From assembly GCA_038895375.1 (NCBI GenBank), contig JAWANM010000001.1, positions 3,587-67,586 on the forward strand: DNA of 64,000 nt, read 5' to 3'. Of the stretch, positions 63,644 to 64,000 are shown one piece after another. The position numbers and the translations under genes are program-made. Source of the stretch: Candidatus Pacearchaeota archaeon. Its GTDB lineage: Archaea; Nanobdellota; Nanobdellia; Pacearchaeales; UBA284. A model generated the notes under the pieces. It saw only the letters and a list, made by a program, of their open reading frames with translations. It had not been told where the DNA came from and did no database searches. Each line of letters starts with the position of its first letter. Positions within the stretch are counted from its first letter, which is position 1.

Positions 63644-64000
63644 ATGCTAGAAACAATAGTGATGCCAAAAAAAGCAGAAAGAAAGCCATGGGAAATGTTT
63701 TTTGTTGGTTTTGTTTATGCAGCCATAGCCGTTCTTTTAGCCAATTTCTTATTTTTGAAAAATCCTGCGTTAGAACAGTATGCTAGCATCTTCATTTTAC
63801 TTTTTGTGGTTGTTTTTTCCTTGCCTTTTATGTATCATCTAATCAAGAGAGAAGAAAAAAAAGATGAAAGAATAGAGAACGAGAAAATATTGATAAAAGA
63901 ACATGGCAAAGCCATAGCTGCTTTAATGTTTTTATTTTTAGGATTCGTCACTGCTTTTTCTTTACTCTATCTTGTATTGCCAACAGACATTGCCAACATA
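63644..64000 (+). CDS. Membrane protein, partial (runs off window end)
   Basis: MLETIVMPKKAERKPWEMFFVGFVYAAIAVLLANFLFL..; multiple hydrophobic segments. No stop within the window. Confidence 0.35.
   Translation, partial: MLETIVMPKKAERKPWEMFFVGFVYAAIAVLLANFLFLKNPALEQYASIFILLFVVVFSLPFMYHLIKREEKKDERIENEKILIKEHGKAIAALMFLFLGFVTAFSLLYLVLPTDIANI

Noticed and set aside
1-64000. CRISPR arrays, rRNA genes, IS elements/transposases, integrases
   Set aside because: No spaced direct-repeat array, no rRNA-like conserved stretches and no DDE/tyrosine-recombinase-like ORF were seen. The AAG/AAA-rich near-repeats in the r-protein genes are lysine-tract coding, not repeat elements.

Overview
The window is AT-rich (about 33% GC) and carries archaeal core genes on both strands. 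Present are exosome Rrp4/Rrp41/Rrp42, SBDS, proteasome alpha, RpoK-enolase, Sec61-beta, Alba, EndoQ, Bud32, diphthamide enzymes, L37ae-RpoP-prefoldin-SepF, and a 24-gene archaeal-order ribosomal-protein/SecY operon (L3 to SecY) followed by a DUF106 YidC-like gene and prefoldin alpha. Lysine-rich extensions on many ribosomal proteins and the compact gene set suggest a small-genome (DPANN-like) archaeon; that attribution is inference. Seven tRNAs are present. Two of them carry 14-15 nt insertions inside the T-loop, and tRNA-Pro additionally carries an anticodon-loop intron. A GC-rich island with no coding sense is most likely RNase P RNA. The accessory stretch at roughly 7.4-21.4 kb is the most unusual part. 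It holds a four-gene cluster of class-III-signal-peptide (pilin-like) proteins, a winged-helix regulator, a highly expressed S-layer-like gene, and a three-gene surface-protein module. That module contains a 1278-aa membrane-anchored giant with DUF333, a papain-family C1 protease domain, beta-helix repeats and a Gly/Ala repeat. It also contains a paralogous surface protein whose signal peptide is thrown out of frame by a 9-A homopolymer. Other points are tRNA-His abutting hisS, an HTH plus PIN pair, a secreted HExxH protein with a membrane partner, a truncated Dph2-like gene, paired CDP-alcohol phosphatidyltransferases flanking a cytidylyltransferase, a double-length ThyX-like gene and a 615-aa Pol-beta nucleotidyltransferase. 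No CRISPR array, rRNA or obvious transposase was seen.
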